In this document: positions 1 through 10,909 of the stretch, one piece after another | Position numbering within the stretch: the first letter of the stretch is position 1 | Layout of the letters: each line of letters begins with the position of its first letter | Notes under the pieces: model-generated | Seen by the model: the letters and a program-made list of their open reading frames with translations, nothing else | Told to the model about the DNA's origin: nothing | The model's database searches: none | Source: Candidatus Eiseniibacteriota bacterium | Lineage (GTDB): Bacteria > Eisenbacteria > RBG-16-71-46 | Assembly: GCA_963725865.1 (NCBI GenBank) | Contig: CAVSAC010000014.1 | Span: forward strand, 1,568,001-1,632,000 | DNA: 64,000 nt | Reading direction: 5' to 3' | Translations under genes and position numbers: made by a program

Positions 1-873
1 TCGCAGCGAGCCCAGGGCCCAGAGCGCGGGCCACAGGCAGAAGAGTCGGTAGCGGACGTGCCGCGCGGGAACGAGGTCGAGGTAGTCGGGGACCCGCGCG
101 AGCGCCGTGCGTGCGAGTGCCTCGAGGCGCGCGGCCAGCTCGCGCACGCCGGGGCGCGCGCCGTCCACCAGATCGTGCGGCTCGAGGTGGTGCTCCGCGA
201 GCCAGGCGGCGGGCACGTGGCAGCGGCCGCGCCGCACGTCGCTCGGCCAGTCGAGCAGGATGTTGGTGAGCTGCAGCGCCTCGCCGACGTCGCGGGCGAG
301 CACGAGCCGGCGCTCCTCGGAGGCGGCGTCGAGCGGCGCCCGGCGCGCGTGGAGACGCGTCAGCATCTCGCCCACGCAGCCCGCCACCACGTAACAGTAG
401 TCGTGCAGCTCGGCTTCATCGTCGAGGTAGGGCGTCGCGTCCGGGCGCCCCGCCGCGCGCGCGGAGTAACGGCACATGCCAGCCGCCAGCGTGGCCACGC
501 CGGTGGCGATGATCTCGCGGTCCGCGGCGGGCAGCGCGCGGTGAGCGCGCCACACGCGCGGGAGCTGGGCGACCAGCTCGAGGTCGGCGGCCCCCGCGGC
601 GAGCGGCGCGGCGGCCCGCGCCAGCCGCTCGGCGGCGTCGGCGTCGCCCGCGACCGCGGCGAGCATCAGGTCGAAGCGACCGCCGATCTCGGCCGGCGTG
701 CCCGGCCACGAATCCTCGAGCGCGTCCGCGGTGCGGCACAGCAGATACGCCAGTCGCACGGCATCGGCAAGCGGGCCGCGCAGCAGGCGGATGTTGAGCG
801 CGAACGTGCGCGAGACGCGCGGCAGCACCTCGCGGCAGAAGCGCAGGTCCGAAGCGGAGGGGGTCGATTCCAT
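1..873 (-). CDS. Squalene/phytoene synthase family protein (3' end runs off window)
   Basis: Not in the ORF track because it has no stop in the window. Manual translation from ATG 873: MESTPSASDLRFCREVLPRVSRTFALNIRLL..AYLLCRTADALED..., ending RYRLFCLWPALWALGSLR. VSRTF and AYLLCRxxDxxED are squalene synthase-type motifs. Confidence 0.85.
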   Translation of the reverse strand, partial: MESTPSASDLRFCREVLPRVSRTFALNIRLLRGPLADAVRLAYLLCRTADALEDSWPGTPAEIGGRFDLMLAAVAGDADAAERLARAAAPLAAGAADLELVAQLPRVWRAHRALPAADREIIATGVATLAAGMCRYSARAAGRPDATPYLDDEAELHDYCYVVAGCVGEMLTRLHARRAPLDAASEERRLVLARDVGEALQLTNILLDWPSDVRRGRCHVPAAWLAEHHLEPHDLVDGARPGVRELAARLEALARTALARVPDYLDLVPARHVRYRLFCLWPALWALGSLR

Positions 874-1008
874 GGCGGCGACGAAGCCTAGCACCGCGTC
901 TGCGGAACCTCTAGGCTGTGGGCGCCGGTGGCGGGATTGGACCGGCTCGTCCGGACTACAGGTGGCCGCCTCCCCGGCCGATATACCTGAGGTACCCGGG
1001 GAACCCAC

Positions 1009-2868
1009 GTGCACGTCCTCCTTCGCATCGAGCGGCCGCTCGTCACCGCGCTCGCCGTCGCCCTGCTGGCTGCATTTGCGCCGGCGCGCGCGATGGCCCA
1101 GGCGCCGCGTCTCGGCCTGTACGCGATGGTGTTCGACACCGGCCAGCCGCTCTATACCTCCGCCGGTGCCATGGACCCGGTCGTGTTCGACGAGTTCTCG
1201 CGCTTCCACGAGCTGATCATCGAGCCCACCGCGTTCACCCCGTACCGTCCCGAAGCGCTACAGCTGCTGCGCTCGCTCAATCCGGACATCCGGTTGGTGG
1301 CCTACGTCACCGGTCACTACACCTGGTACGCGGCCGCGGCCGACTCGTTCGTGCACTTCCCGACCCGCTACTGGCGGACCGTGCGCGACCTCAACGGGTT
1401 CCTGTACAACACCGACGGCCAGCGCTTCGGAGAGCGCACCAATCAGTTCGGGAACGTGAACATCGCCAAGCGCGACGCGGGGGGCCACTACGTGGTGGCC
1501 GAGGCGCTCGCCGCGCTGTTCTACGACGCGGTGATGAGCGGCGGGCAGTGGGACGGGCTGTTCCTCGACACCTTCTGCGATGACATCCTGTGGGAGCAGT
1601 CCGCGGGCGAGACGATCGACTACGCACGCGCGGGCTACCCTGATCTCGCCTCGTTCGCCGCCGGCTGGCGCGCCGGCACCGACACGCTCGCGAGCCGGCT
1701 GCGCGGCCGGTGCGGGCCGAGCGCGATCCTGATCGGGAACTGTGGCCAGGGCACCAAGTACGTCTGGTTCAACGGCTGGATGCGCGAGAACTTCCCCTAC
1801 CAGAACGGCGGCACCTGGTTCTCGAACATGTACAACGATCCGGGCGGCTACTTCGTCGACGACGCGCGCTTCCGCCGGCCCACCCACGACTTCATCTTCT
1901 CGGCCGTCTCGGGGACGGTCCCGACCTCGGCCGACAACTCGCGACGCGTGCGCTTCGGGCTCGGGAGCGCGACGCTGGGCGAAGGATTCCACTGCTTCGG
2001 GCCCCCGGATCGCGGCACCCGCTCGAGCGACTTCTACGGCTGGTGGTACGACGAGTACGCCGTCGATCTCGCGACCGGCCGCAGCGTGACCGACGGGCGC
2101 TCGACCGGATGGCTGGGTGCGCCGCTCGATGCCGCCTACCAGATGATCTGGCTGAGCGCCGGCCCCGATGCGGTCTCCAACACGAGCTTCGAGACCGACG
2201 TCTCGAGCGACTGGCGCTTCTTCACGGCCGTCGGCTCCACGGTCTCGCACGACACCACGAACCACGCGCTCGGCAGCGCGTCCGCGCGCGTGGACGTGCC
2301 CTCGGCGTCGGCCGCGGTGCCCTGGAACACCTCGTTCACCACCACCGGGACGCTCAACCTGTTCACGGGCCTGTCGTGCTCGGCCACGTTCTGGGCGCGT
2401 GCCTCCGTGCCGCGCTCGGTGCGGGTGGCCGCCGGTCGCGTGACCGGGGGTGGGGAATTCGCCTCGCGCGGCCTCGACCTGACCACGGAGTGGCAGCGCT
2501 ACCAGGTGGTGCTCACCCCCGCCGCCACGGGACCGGGCACGCTCCAGTTCCATCTCGCGGGCGCGACCGGGACCGTGTGGCTGGACGACGTCCACTTCCA
2601 GACGGGCGTGAACAGCATCTACCGGCGCGACTTCACGAACGGCATCGTGCTCGTCAATCCCGGGGCGAGCGCCCAGACGGTGGTGCTCGAACGGCCGTTC
2701 CGGCGCATCCTCGGCAGCGTGGACCCCTCAGTGAACGACGGCCTCGAGTCCGCCACGATCCAGGTGCCGGCAATGGACGCGCGGTTCCTGATCGGCTCCG
2801 ACTTCACTCCGCCGGCCGACGTGCGCGACCTGCACGTGGTGCCGCCGGCGCCCGGCACGCCGCGCTGA
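1009..2868 (+). CDS. Secreted putative glycoside hydrolase (TIM-barrel-like, GHL15-like) with CBM4/9-like carbohydrate-binding domain
   Basis: Signal peptide (ALLAAFAPARAMA); 'WDGLFLD', 'NGWMRENFP', 'WWYDEY'; C-terminal 'NTSFE...SATFWARA...LTTEWQRY...VWLDDV' typical of CBM4_9. Confidence 0.6.
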   Translation: MHVLLRIERPLVTALAVALLAAFAPARAMAQAPRLGLYAMVFDTGQPLYTSAGAMDPVVFDEFSRFHELIIEPTAFTPYRPEALQLLRSLNPDIRLVAYVTGHYTWYAAAADSFVHFPTRYWRTVRDLNGFLYNTDGQRFGERTNQFGNVNIAKRDAGGHYVVAEALAALFYDAVMSGGQWDGLFLDTFCDDILWEQSAGETIDYARAGYPDLASFAAGWRAGTDTLASRLRGRCGPSAILIGNCGQGTKYVWFNGWMRENFPYQNGGTWFSNMYNDPGGYFVDDARFRRPTHDFIFSAVSGTVPTSADNSRRVRFGLGSATLGEGFHCFGPPDRGTRSSDFYGWWYDEYAVDLATGRSVTDGRSTGWLGAPLDAAYQMIWLSAGPDAVSNTSFETDVSSDWRFFTAVGSTVSHDTTNHALGSASARVDVPSASAAVPWNTSFTTTGTLNLFTGLSCSATFWARASVPRSVRVAAGRVTGGGEFASRGLDLTTEWQRYQVVLTPAATGPGTLQFHLAGATGTVWLDDVHFQTGVNSIYRRDFTNGIVLVNPGASAQTVVLERPFRRILGSVDPSVNDGLESATIQVPAMDARFLIGSDFTPPADVRDLHVVPPAPGTPR

Positions 2869-3066
2869 CCGCGGCGGCCACGCCGGCGATTCCCAACCCC
2901 GCGACCGTGTGCTACTGTCGCGCACCGTTCTCGCCCAGACCTCCCACGTTTTCGGCGCGCCGACCCTGCGACGCACGTGCGTCCGTCGCCCGCGCCCGCG
3001 GCCGCGGGGAAGCGCCGGCCGGCGCATCGACCGGAGCGCGCTGGGCCCCGTTCGTTTCGAGGATCC

Positions 3067-3999
3067 ATGTCGACCCCACGTGCATTCCCGATCGCGTCGC
3101 GGCTCGGGCTCGCGACCGCCACGCTGATGTTCGGGCTGGTCGTGATCGGCTCGGTGGTGCGCACCACCGGCTCGGGGCTCGCCTGCCCGGACTGGCCGCT
3201 GTGCCATGGGCGGCTCATCCCCCCGCTGCAGTTCAACGTGCTGATCGAATGGACTCACCGGCTGGTGGCGCTGCTGGTGAGCGGGCTGCTGTTCGCGACC
3301 GTGGGCTGGGTGCTCGCGCACCGCGTGACGCGGACGCGGCTCGGCGGACTCGCGGTGCTGGCGATCGGGTTGCTGGCCCTCCAGGTGCTGCTGGGCGCGC
3401 TCACGGTGTGGAGACTCCTGAGTCCACTGGTGGTGAGCAGCCACCTGGCCGTGGCACTCCTGCTGTTCGCGACGCTCTGGCGGCTGGCGCTGACGGCCCG
3501 CGCGGAGACCGGCACCCAGGTCGAGCCGCGGGCCGAGCGGGCGCCCGGCCTGCTCCCGCTCGTGACGCTCGCGACGCTGCTGGTGTACGCGCAGGCGGTG
3601 CTCGGCGGCGCGGTGAGCACCAGTGGCGCGAGCCTCGCGTGCCCCGACTGGCCGACCTGCAACGGTGAATGGCTGCCGGCGCTCAGCGGGCTGGCCGGCC
3701 TGCAGGTGATGCACCGGATCACCGCCTACGTGGTGGTGCTGGTGATGGTGGGGCTGGCGATCGCGACCCGCGGGGCATCCGACCCGCTCGTGCGCGGCGG
3801 CGGCCGCCTGGCGCTGGGGCTGACGCTGCTGCAGGTCGTGCTCGGGGTGTCGAACGTGCTGATGCGCGTGCCGGTGTGGCTCTCGGCGCTCCACCTCGCG
3901 AACGCCGCGGCGATCCTGGTGTGCCTCGTGACCCTGCTCACGAGGCTGCAGCGACTGCCGGCGCACCGGACGCTGCTGGTCCCGGCAGAGGCCCGATGA
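3067..3999 (+). CDS. ctaA: Heme A synthase (COX15/CtaA)
   Basis: GSGLACPDWPLC, EWTHR, second ACPDWPTC and conserved His residues; about 8 TM helices. Start set to ATG 3067. Confidence 0.9.
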   Translation: MSTPRAFPIASRLGLATATLMFGLVVIGSVVRTTGSGLACPDWPLCHGRLIPPLQFNVLIEWTHRLVALLVSGLLFATVGWVLAHRVTRTRLGGLAVLAIGLLALQVLLGALTVWRLLSPLVVSSHLAVALLLFATLWRLALTARAETGTQVEPRAERAPGLLPLVTLATLLVYAQAVLGGAVSTSGASLACPDWPTCNGEWLPALSGLAGLQVMHRITAYVVVLVMVGLAIATRGASDPLVRGGGRLALGLTLLQVVLGVSNVLMRVPVWLSALHLANAAAILVCLVTLLTRLQRLPAHRTLLVPAEAR

Positions 4000-4898
4000 G
4001 CATCGCGCTTCCGCAGGTCACCGTCCGGCGGCGGCTGCTCGCCTACCTCGAACTCACCAAGCCGCGCATCCTGCTGCTGGTGCTGATGACCGCGGTGCCC
4101 GCGCTGCTGCTCGCCGCGCACGGCCTGCCGGCGCCGCTGGTCGCCTTCGGCACGCTGTTCGGCATCGCGTGCGCGAGCGGCTCGGCGGCCGCGTTCAACC
4201 ACTACGTCGACCGCGACATCGACGCGCTCATGCGGCGGACCGCCTCGCGTCCGCTGCCGAGCGGCACGCTCGCGCCGGCGCATGCACTCGGGCTCGGCTT
4301 CGGGCTCGCGGGGCTCGCCTGGGTGACCCTGCTGCTCTGCGGCAACCTGCTGGCCGCGATCCTCGGCCAGCTCACGATCGTGTACTACGCGGTCGTCTAC
4401 ACCGTGTGGCTCAAGCGGCGCACCCCGCAGAACATCGTGATCGGCGGCGGCGCAGGCGCCGCCGCGCCGCTCATCGCGTGGGCCGCGGTGACCGGCACAC
4501 TGAGCCTGCCGGCGGTGGTGCTCTCGTCGATCGTGTTCCTGTGGACGCCGCCGCACTTCTGGGCGCTCGCGCTGTACCGCCACGAGGACTACGCGCGCGC
4601 CGGCATCCCGATGCTGCCGGTCACGCACGGCGATGCGGCGACGCGCCGCGCGATCCTCGCCTACACGTTCGCGCTGGTGCCGGCCACGCTGGCGCTGCAG
4701 CCGCTCGGCATCGCGGGACCGATCTACACCGTGCCCGCGGCGCTGCTGGGCGGCGGATTCATCGCGCTCGCCGCGCGGTTGCTGCGCAGCGGCAGTCCGC
4801 GGCACGCGATCGGGCTGTTCGGCTACTCGATCCTCTACCTGTTCGCCCTCTATCTGGCGCTCACCGTCGACGCCGTGGCGGCCGCACTCGCGCGCTGA
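3996..4898 (+). CDS. ctaB: Protoheme IX farnesyltransferase (heme O synthase)
   Basis: LTKPRI, NHYVDRDIDALMRRTASRPLPSG, WLKRRTPQNIVIGG, FLWTPPHFWALA; ATGA overlap with the ctaA stop. Confidence 0.95.
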   Translation: MSIALPQVTVRRRLLAYLELTKPRILLLVLMTAVPALLLAAHGLPAPLVAFGTLFGIACASGSAAAFNHYVDRDIDALMRRTASRPLPSGTLAPAHALGLGFGLAGLAWVTLLLCGNLLAAILGQLTIVYYAVVYTVWLKRRTPQNIVIGGGAGAAAPLIAWAAVTGTLSLPAVVLSSIVFLWTPPHFWALALYRHEDYARAGIPMLPVTHGDAATRRAILAYTFALVPATLALQPLGIAGPIYTVPAALLGGGFIALAARLLRSGSPRHAIGLFGYSILYLFALYLALTVDAVAAALAR

Positions 4899-4937
4899 CC
4901 CGGCGCACGGAGCGCGTCGCGAAAGGGGCTCCGCCCC

Positions 4938-6419
4938 GTGACCACAGCCGGCGCTCCCATCGACGCTTCCCGCACGGCGCCGGCCGGGGTGTGGGTGATC
5001 GTGGTGGCGACCGCGCTGGCGCTCGCCCTGCGGATCCTCGGGCTCGGACACGAGAGCCTGTGGCTCGACGAGGTGTCGTCGCTGCGGCTCGCCCGCCTGC
5101 CGCTCGGCGAGCTGATCGCGCAGGCGCGCGGCGACGTGCATCCGCCGCTGTACTTCGCGCTGCTGAAGGGCTGGATCGGCCTCGCGGGCGAGTCGGAGGT
5201 GGCGCTGCGCGCGCTGTCGGCGCTGTTCGGCGTGCTCGCGGTGCCGCTGATGGCGCGGATCGGGACGCGGCTGGGTGGCCCGAGGTGCGGCGGCCTCGCG
5301 GCGATGTTCGTCGCGGGGTCGGCGATCTTGCTGCACTACTCGCAGGAGGCGCGGCCCTACATGCTGCTCGCGCTCCTGAGCCTGGTGCTGGTCGATCGCC
5401 AGCTCGCGCTGCTCGAGCGACCGACCGTGACGCGCGGCCTGGCGTGGGGGGCGAGCGCGGCGGCGCTCCTGTACACCCATAACTCCGGCGTGTTCGTGGT
5501 GCTCGCCCTGCTGCTGCACGGCGCCGTGGTGTTCGCGGCCGACCCGCGGCGACGCGCGGGCGACGCGCGGGGCTGGGGCGTGGCGCTGCCGGTGGCCGCG
5601 CTGCTGTACGCGCCGTGGCTGGGCGCGCTGCGCGCTCAGACGCTCCACGTCGCGGCCGGCTTTTGGGTGCCGGTGCCGCGCGCCATCGACCTGCTCAAGA
5701 CCGCGTGGGAGTTCGCGGGCTCGGGGCCGCTGCTGGTGGGCCTCGGCCTGCTCGCGCTGATCGGGCTGCTGCGGCCGCCGGCACCGGGGGCGCCTCCGGT
5801 GCCCCAGGCGCGGTGGCTGCTGCTCGGCTGGCTGCTGGCCCCGGTGCTGGTGCCGTTCGTGGTGTCGCGGATGGGGCCGCCGATCTACGTGATCCGGCTC
5901 GCGCTGCCAGCCGCGCTGGCGCTGCTGCTGCTGGCGGCGCTCGGCGTCGCGGCACTCGGGCGCGCCGTGGTGCGATCCGGGGTGCTGGCGCTGCTGGCGC
6001 TGCTCGCCGTCACGGCGCTGGTGCCCTACTACCGCGAGTCCCACAAGGAGTCGTGGCGCGACGCCACCGGGGCGGTGCTGCGCGCCGCGACACCGCAGGA
6101 CCTGGTCGTGATCCACCCCGGGTTCAACCGCATGGCGTGGGACTACTACGCGCGCGCCGGCGGACCGCCGGTGATCGAGTGGCCGCCCCGCGAAGGTACC
6201 GAGGTGTCCACCTCTGCTTCGTCGCTGATGGCGCGCGCGATGCCGTACCCACGCGTCTGGCTGGTGCTGTCGCGCGCGCAGCCGGCCGCGGCGCAGATGC
6301 GCGCGGCGCTGGCGGTCGGTCGGCACCTGGGCTGGACGCGTGCCTACACCTACCGCGCGTACGGGCTCACGCGCACCCGGGACTGGACCGGCATCGAGGT
6401 GCTGCGCTTCGACCGCTGA
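4938..6419 (+). CDS. GT-C membrane glycosyltransferase (GT39/PMT_2-like)
   Basis: 'LGHESLWLDE', 'DVHPPLYF', 'YSQEARPY', multiple TM helices and a periplasmic C-terminal domain. Confidence 0.8.
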   Translation: MTTAGAPIDASRTAPAGVWVIVVATALALALRILGLGHESLWLDEVSSLRLARLPLGELIAQARGDVHPPLYFALLKGWIGLAGESEVALRALSALFGVLAVPLMARIGTRLGGPRCGGLAAMFVAGSAILLHYSQEARPYMLLALLSLVLVDRQLALLERPTVTRGLAWGASAAALLYTHNSGVFVVLALLLHGAVVFAADPRRRAGDARGWGVALPVAALLYAPWLGALRAQTLHVAAGFWVPVPRAIDLLKTAWEFAGSGPLLVGLGLLALIGLLRPPAPGAPPVPQARWLLLGWLLAPVLVPFVVSRMGPPIYVIRLALPAALALLLLAALGVAALGRAVVRSGVLALLALLAVTALVPYYRESHKESWRDATGAVLRAATPQDLVVIHPGFNRMAWDYYARAGGPPVIEWPPREGTEVSTSASSLMARAMPYPRVWLVLSRAQPAAAQMRAALAVGRHLGWTRAYTYRAYGLTRTRDWTGIEVLRFDR

Positions 6420-6536
6420 GGGGTGCGGCGCGGGAGCGTGCGATCCTCGCGCGCAGCCGGGGCGCCGCGCGGAGCCCCGGAGCGATCTCGACGCGCAGCG
6501 GGGCCGCGCCCGCGTCTCGTCGGCCCGCAAAAGGTC

Positions 6537-6566
6537 GAGCCCCGGCGGATCGCTCCACCGGGGCTC
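6537..6566 (-). terminator. Hairpin (GCGA loop, followed by GACCTTTT on the minus strand) downstream of the tRNA
   Basis: Minus strand GAGCCCCGGTGGA-GCGA-TCCGCCGGGGCTC; lies between the convergent GT gene and tRNA. Confidence 0.6.
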
Positions 6567-6569
6567 ACG

Positions 6570-6646
<77 letters not shown>

Positions 6647-6662
6647 TCAATGACGCGGGCGG

Positions 6663-6691
6663 ACAGTAAGGCGCCGGTGACGTCAAGTCAA
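6663..6691 (-). promoter_or_regulatory. Sigma-70-type promoter of tRNA-fMet
   Basis: TTGACT-N17-TACTGT on the minus strand just upstream of the tRNA. Confidence 0.65.
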
Positions 6692-6892
6692 GCGAGCCGC
6701 CCTGCACCGACGCGCACCCCGCGCGGGTCCGTGGCACCTCCCAGCGCTCGCCCTCCAGGTCCGGCGTCCGCCCGGCGCCGCAACCGGTTGCGCATCCCGA
6801 TGCCGCTGGCTAGACTACCCGCCCTGGACCGGGGGTATGCGAGTTCTGCGCTCGCCTGTTCCACCCCATCTCCCAAGCTTCGGAGGTTCGCG

Positions 6893-7654
6893 TTGAATCG
6901 ATCCCGGCTCGGTGCGGTCGCCCTGGCGCTGGCCGCCGTCACCATGGGCCTCACTTTTCGAGCGCCGCGGGCGCTCGCAGCGGCCGAAGTCCACAATCTC
7001 AACCTGGTCTTCTCGGCCACGCCGACCTCGCTGGATGGCGGGGACTTCAACGAGCTCGTGGGCCTCGTCGACCGCAATCTCGACGCCCAGGGGCTCGAGC
7101 CGCTGGACAAGATCACTATGGGCTGGCTGTTCCAGTCCGAGCTGCGCTACTTCGTGCGCCGCAACATCGCGGTGGTGGGCGGCGTGGGGCAGCTGAAGGC
7201 GGTCACCAAGCGCGAGTACCTGCCCGCGCTCCAGTCCTCCGTCAACCTGCGCGGCGAGGTGCTCACGGTGCCGATCCACGTGGGCGCCGCGTACTACCTG
7301 CAGCCGTACAACCAGGGCGACTTCCAGGCCCGGGCGTTCATCGGCGCGGGCGTGGTGAGCCAGGTGACCAACCGCTCGCGCTTCCGGACCGAGGCGTCGT
7401 TTCCCGGCGTTTACGTCGCGACCCGCAGCGAGCTGCTGCGCGATGCCCCCGGCTGGTACGCCGAGATCGGCGGGCACATGTTCTTCGCCTCGCGCTTCTC
7501 GGTGATGATCAGCGGGACCTATCGTAGTTCGGTGATCCGCGGGATGGTGGACGACGTGTACCGCATCCCGGCCTCGTCCCCGGTCGGGCCGCGCCCGTTC
7601 ACGCTCGACCTGAGCGGGGCCGGCATCCGCGCCTCATTCGCCGTCGGACTCTGA
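6893..7654 (+). CDS. Putative outer-membrane beta-barrel protein
   Basis: TTG start after GGAGG; signal peptide; alternating amphipathic beta-strands; ends GIRASFAVGL. Confidence 0.6.
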   Translation: MNRSRLGAVALALAAVTMGLTFRAPRALAAAEVHNLNLVFSATPTSLDGGDFNELVGLVDRNLDAQGLEPLDKITMGWLFQSELRYFVRRNIAVVGGVGQLKAVTKREYLPALQSSVNLRGEVLTVPIHVGAAYYLQPYNQGDFQARAFIGAGVVSQVTNRSRFRTEASFPGVYVATRSELLRDAPGWYAEIGGHMFFASRFSVMISGTYRSSVIRGMVDDVYRIPASSPVGPRPFTLDLSGAGIRASFAVGL

Positions 7655-7717
7655 TCCCCGCGAAACGCCGCGCGCCCGCGCCCCCGCGAGGGATGCGGGC
7701 CCGCAGCGTCTCCGAGC

Positions 7718-8083
7718 TCAGCGCGGGCGCGGAGTCGGGGCCGGCGGGGCGTCGTCGATGCGGTAGATGATCTCGCCGTGCTGCGCCATGCCCGCGCGCT
7801 CGCGCAGCGCCTTCTCCCCGCGCTCACGCACCAGCCGGGGATCGCCGCGCTCCGCCTCGAGCCGCGCCACCTCGGCGCGCGTCCGGGCGAGCTCGTGCGA
7901 CGCGCGGCCGTCCTCGTGGCCGATCCGGATCAGGCGCCACAGGCTGTGATCGCTGAGGAACGCGATCCACACCAGCCACAGCGCGCCGGCCACCCACGCC
8001 CAGCGCAGCTGGCGCCGCACGGGATCGTCGGGCGCGGCGTAACGGGAGCGGTGACGTGCGAGGCGGGAGGAGATGTCGCGCAT
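7718..8083 (-). CDS. Septum formation initiator FtsB/DivIC family
   Basis: Single TM, coiled coil, 'EKALRERAGMAQHGEIIYR' motif; typical position downstream of eno. Confidence 0.8.
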   Translation of the reverse strand: MRDISSRLARHRSRYAAPDDPVRRQLRWAWVAGALWLVWIAFLSDHSLWRLIRIGHEDGRASHELARTRAEVARLEAERGDPRLVRERGEKALRERAGMAQHGEIIYRIDDAPPAPTPRPR

Positions 8084-8175
8084 GACGTCCGTGTCCTTTC
8101 CGGGCGCGCGGTCGTGTCACCGTGCGCCCGGCGCGCCCGCCGCCGTCCGTGCGGCGGGGCGCCCTGGCGTTTCGA

Positions 8176-9554
<1,379 letters not shown>

Positions 9555-9659
9555 GACGCGGAGCGGTTTGCGGCCGCGGCCCCAGCGGTCGGGAGCCTGC
9601 CCGCTCCTGCCGCCAGGTCCTTGACCGGCTCGGGACACCATGCCTATCGTGCCGCGCCA

Positions 9660-9686
9660 TGAAACCTCGAGCCGTTCCACCCCGTA
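9660..9686 (+). promoter_or_regulatory. ECF-type (SigW/SigM-like) promoter, probably autoregulatory
   Basis: TGAAAC-N17-CGTA about 25 nt upstream of the ECF sigma start. Confidence 0.55.
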
Positions 9687-9710
9687 AGCTCGCATGAAGG
9701 CTGGGGTGCG

Positions 9711-10280
9711 GTGAGCGGCGACGAGGCCGATCTCATCCGGCGGTGTCGGGCCGGCGACGAGCGAGCCTATCGCGAACTGGTCGAGCGCTACCGCCGGCCG
9801 GTCTTCAGTGTCGCCCTGCGCATGGTGCGCCGGGCCGAGGACGCGGAGGACCTGACCCAGGAGACGTTCATCCGGATGTTCCGGGCGCTCGATCGCTACG
9901 ACCTGGAACGTCCGTTCACCGCCTGGCTCTTCACGATCGCGACTCGCTTGTGCATCGACCACCTGCGACGGCGCCGACTGGCTCCGATCTCGATGTTTCA
10001 GGTGAGCGCCAGCGGGGACGACGAGTACGTGATCGAGGCGGAGGACCCGGGCCTCAAGCCCGACGAATCCACCGCCCACGCGCAGGAGGAGGAGCGGACA
10101 CAGGCACTGATCGACGGACTGCCCCCGCACTACCGGATCGTGGTCCTGCTCCGGCACCAGCAAGACCTCTCGTATGAGGAGATCGCCGAAGCACTCCAAA
10201 TGCCGCTGGGAACCGTGAAAGCCCGCATCCACCGCGCCCGTGAGCTGCTCAAACAACGCATCGGAAAGCCCGAGCCATGA
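9711..10280 (+). CDS. ECF RNA polymerase sigma factor (SigW-like)
   Basis: Region 2 'DAEDLTQETFIRMFRAL..F.AWLFTIA' and region 4 'LSYEEIAEALQMPLGTVKARIHRAR'. Confidence 0.95.
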   Translation: MSGDEADLIRRCRAGDERAYRELVERYRRPVFSVALRMVRRAEDAEDLTQETFIRMFRALDRYDLERPFTAWLFTIATRLCIDHLRRRRLAPISMFQVSASGDDEYVIEAEDPGLKPDESTAHAQEEERTQALIDGLPPHYRIVVLLRHQQDLSYEEIAEALQMPLGTVKARIHRARELLKQRIGKPEP

Positions 10281-10909
10281 ACGAGTGTCCATTCCGCATC
10301 CGCACCCAGGCCTACCTCGATGGGGATCTGCCTGCCGCTGAGGTGCGCGCCTACCAGGCGCACCTCGCGGGCTGTGCCGTGTGCGGTGCCGAGCTGGCGT
10401 CCTACCGGCGCGTGTTCGCGCTGCTGGAGGCGGTGCCGCTCGACGAGCCGCGAGCCGAGCTGACCGAGCGCGTGCTGGCGCAGGTGCTGCCGTCGCGCAT
10501 CCGGCAGCGCCGCGAGCAGCGGCTGCGCGCTTTCGGTTGGGGTTACGCGGGCGCCCTCGCGGCCAGCCTGGCCGCGTTGTCGACGTGGATCGCTCACCCC
10601 GCGGGACAGGCGGTGCTGTCGGGACTCTCCGCGGTGGCGTCGCGGCGGCTGCTCGAGTCGACCAAGTTCGTGGTGCAGGCGGCCTCGTACGCCTTCGTGC
10701 ACCTGGCGACGGGATGGCACGTGCTGGGGCTCGCGCTCGAGCGCTTCGCGCCGCTCGGCCGCGCGCTCGGCGCGGTGATCAGCGAAACGTCGATCGTCGG
10801 TACCCTGGCGGCGGCACTGGTGGTGTGCGTGACGATGCTGTGGTGGTTGCGGCCGCGCGACGCGCGCTCCGGACGGGGGATCCGCCATGTCGGCGTCCTG
10901 GGCTTCTAG
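10277..10909 (+). CDS. Zinc-binding anti-sigma factor (zf-HC2) with membrane segments
   Basis: 'AYLDGDL...HLAGCAVC' (HxxxCxxC); ATGA coupling to the sigma gene. Confidence 0.88.
   Translation: MNECPFRIRTQAYLDGDLPAAEVRAYQAHLAGCAVCGAELASYRRVFALLEAVPLDEPRAELTERVLAQVLPSRIRQRREQRLRAFGWGYAGALAASLAALSTWIAHPAGQAVLSGLSAVASRRLLESTKFVVQAASYAFVHLATGWHVLGLALERFAPLGRALGAVISETSIVGTLAAALVVCVTMLWWLRPRDARSGRGIRHVGVLGF

Noticed and set aside
3726..6530. 934-aa minus-strand ORF, and similar giants at 41958-45164, 50037-53039, 53754-56903, 33356-36322 and 47395-49890
   Set aside because: Arg/Ala/Pro-rich shadow frames overlapping well-supported genes; expected from stop-codon scarcity at very high GC.
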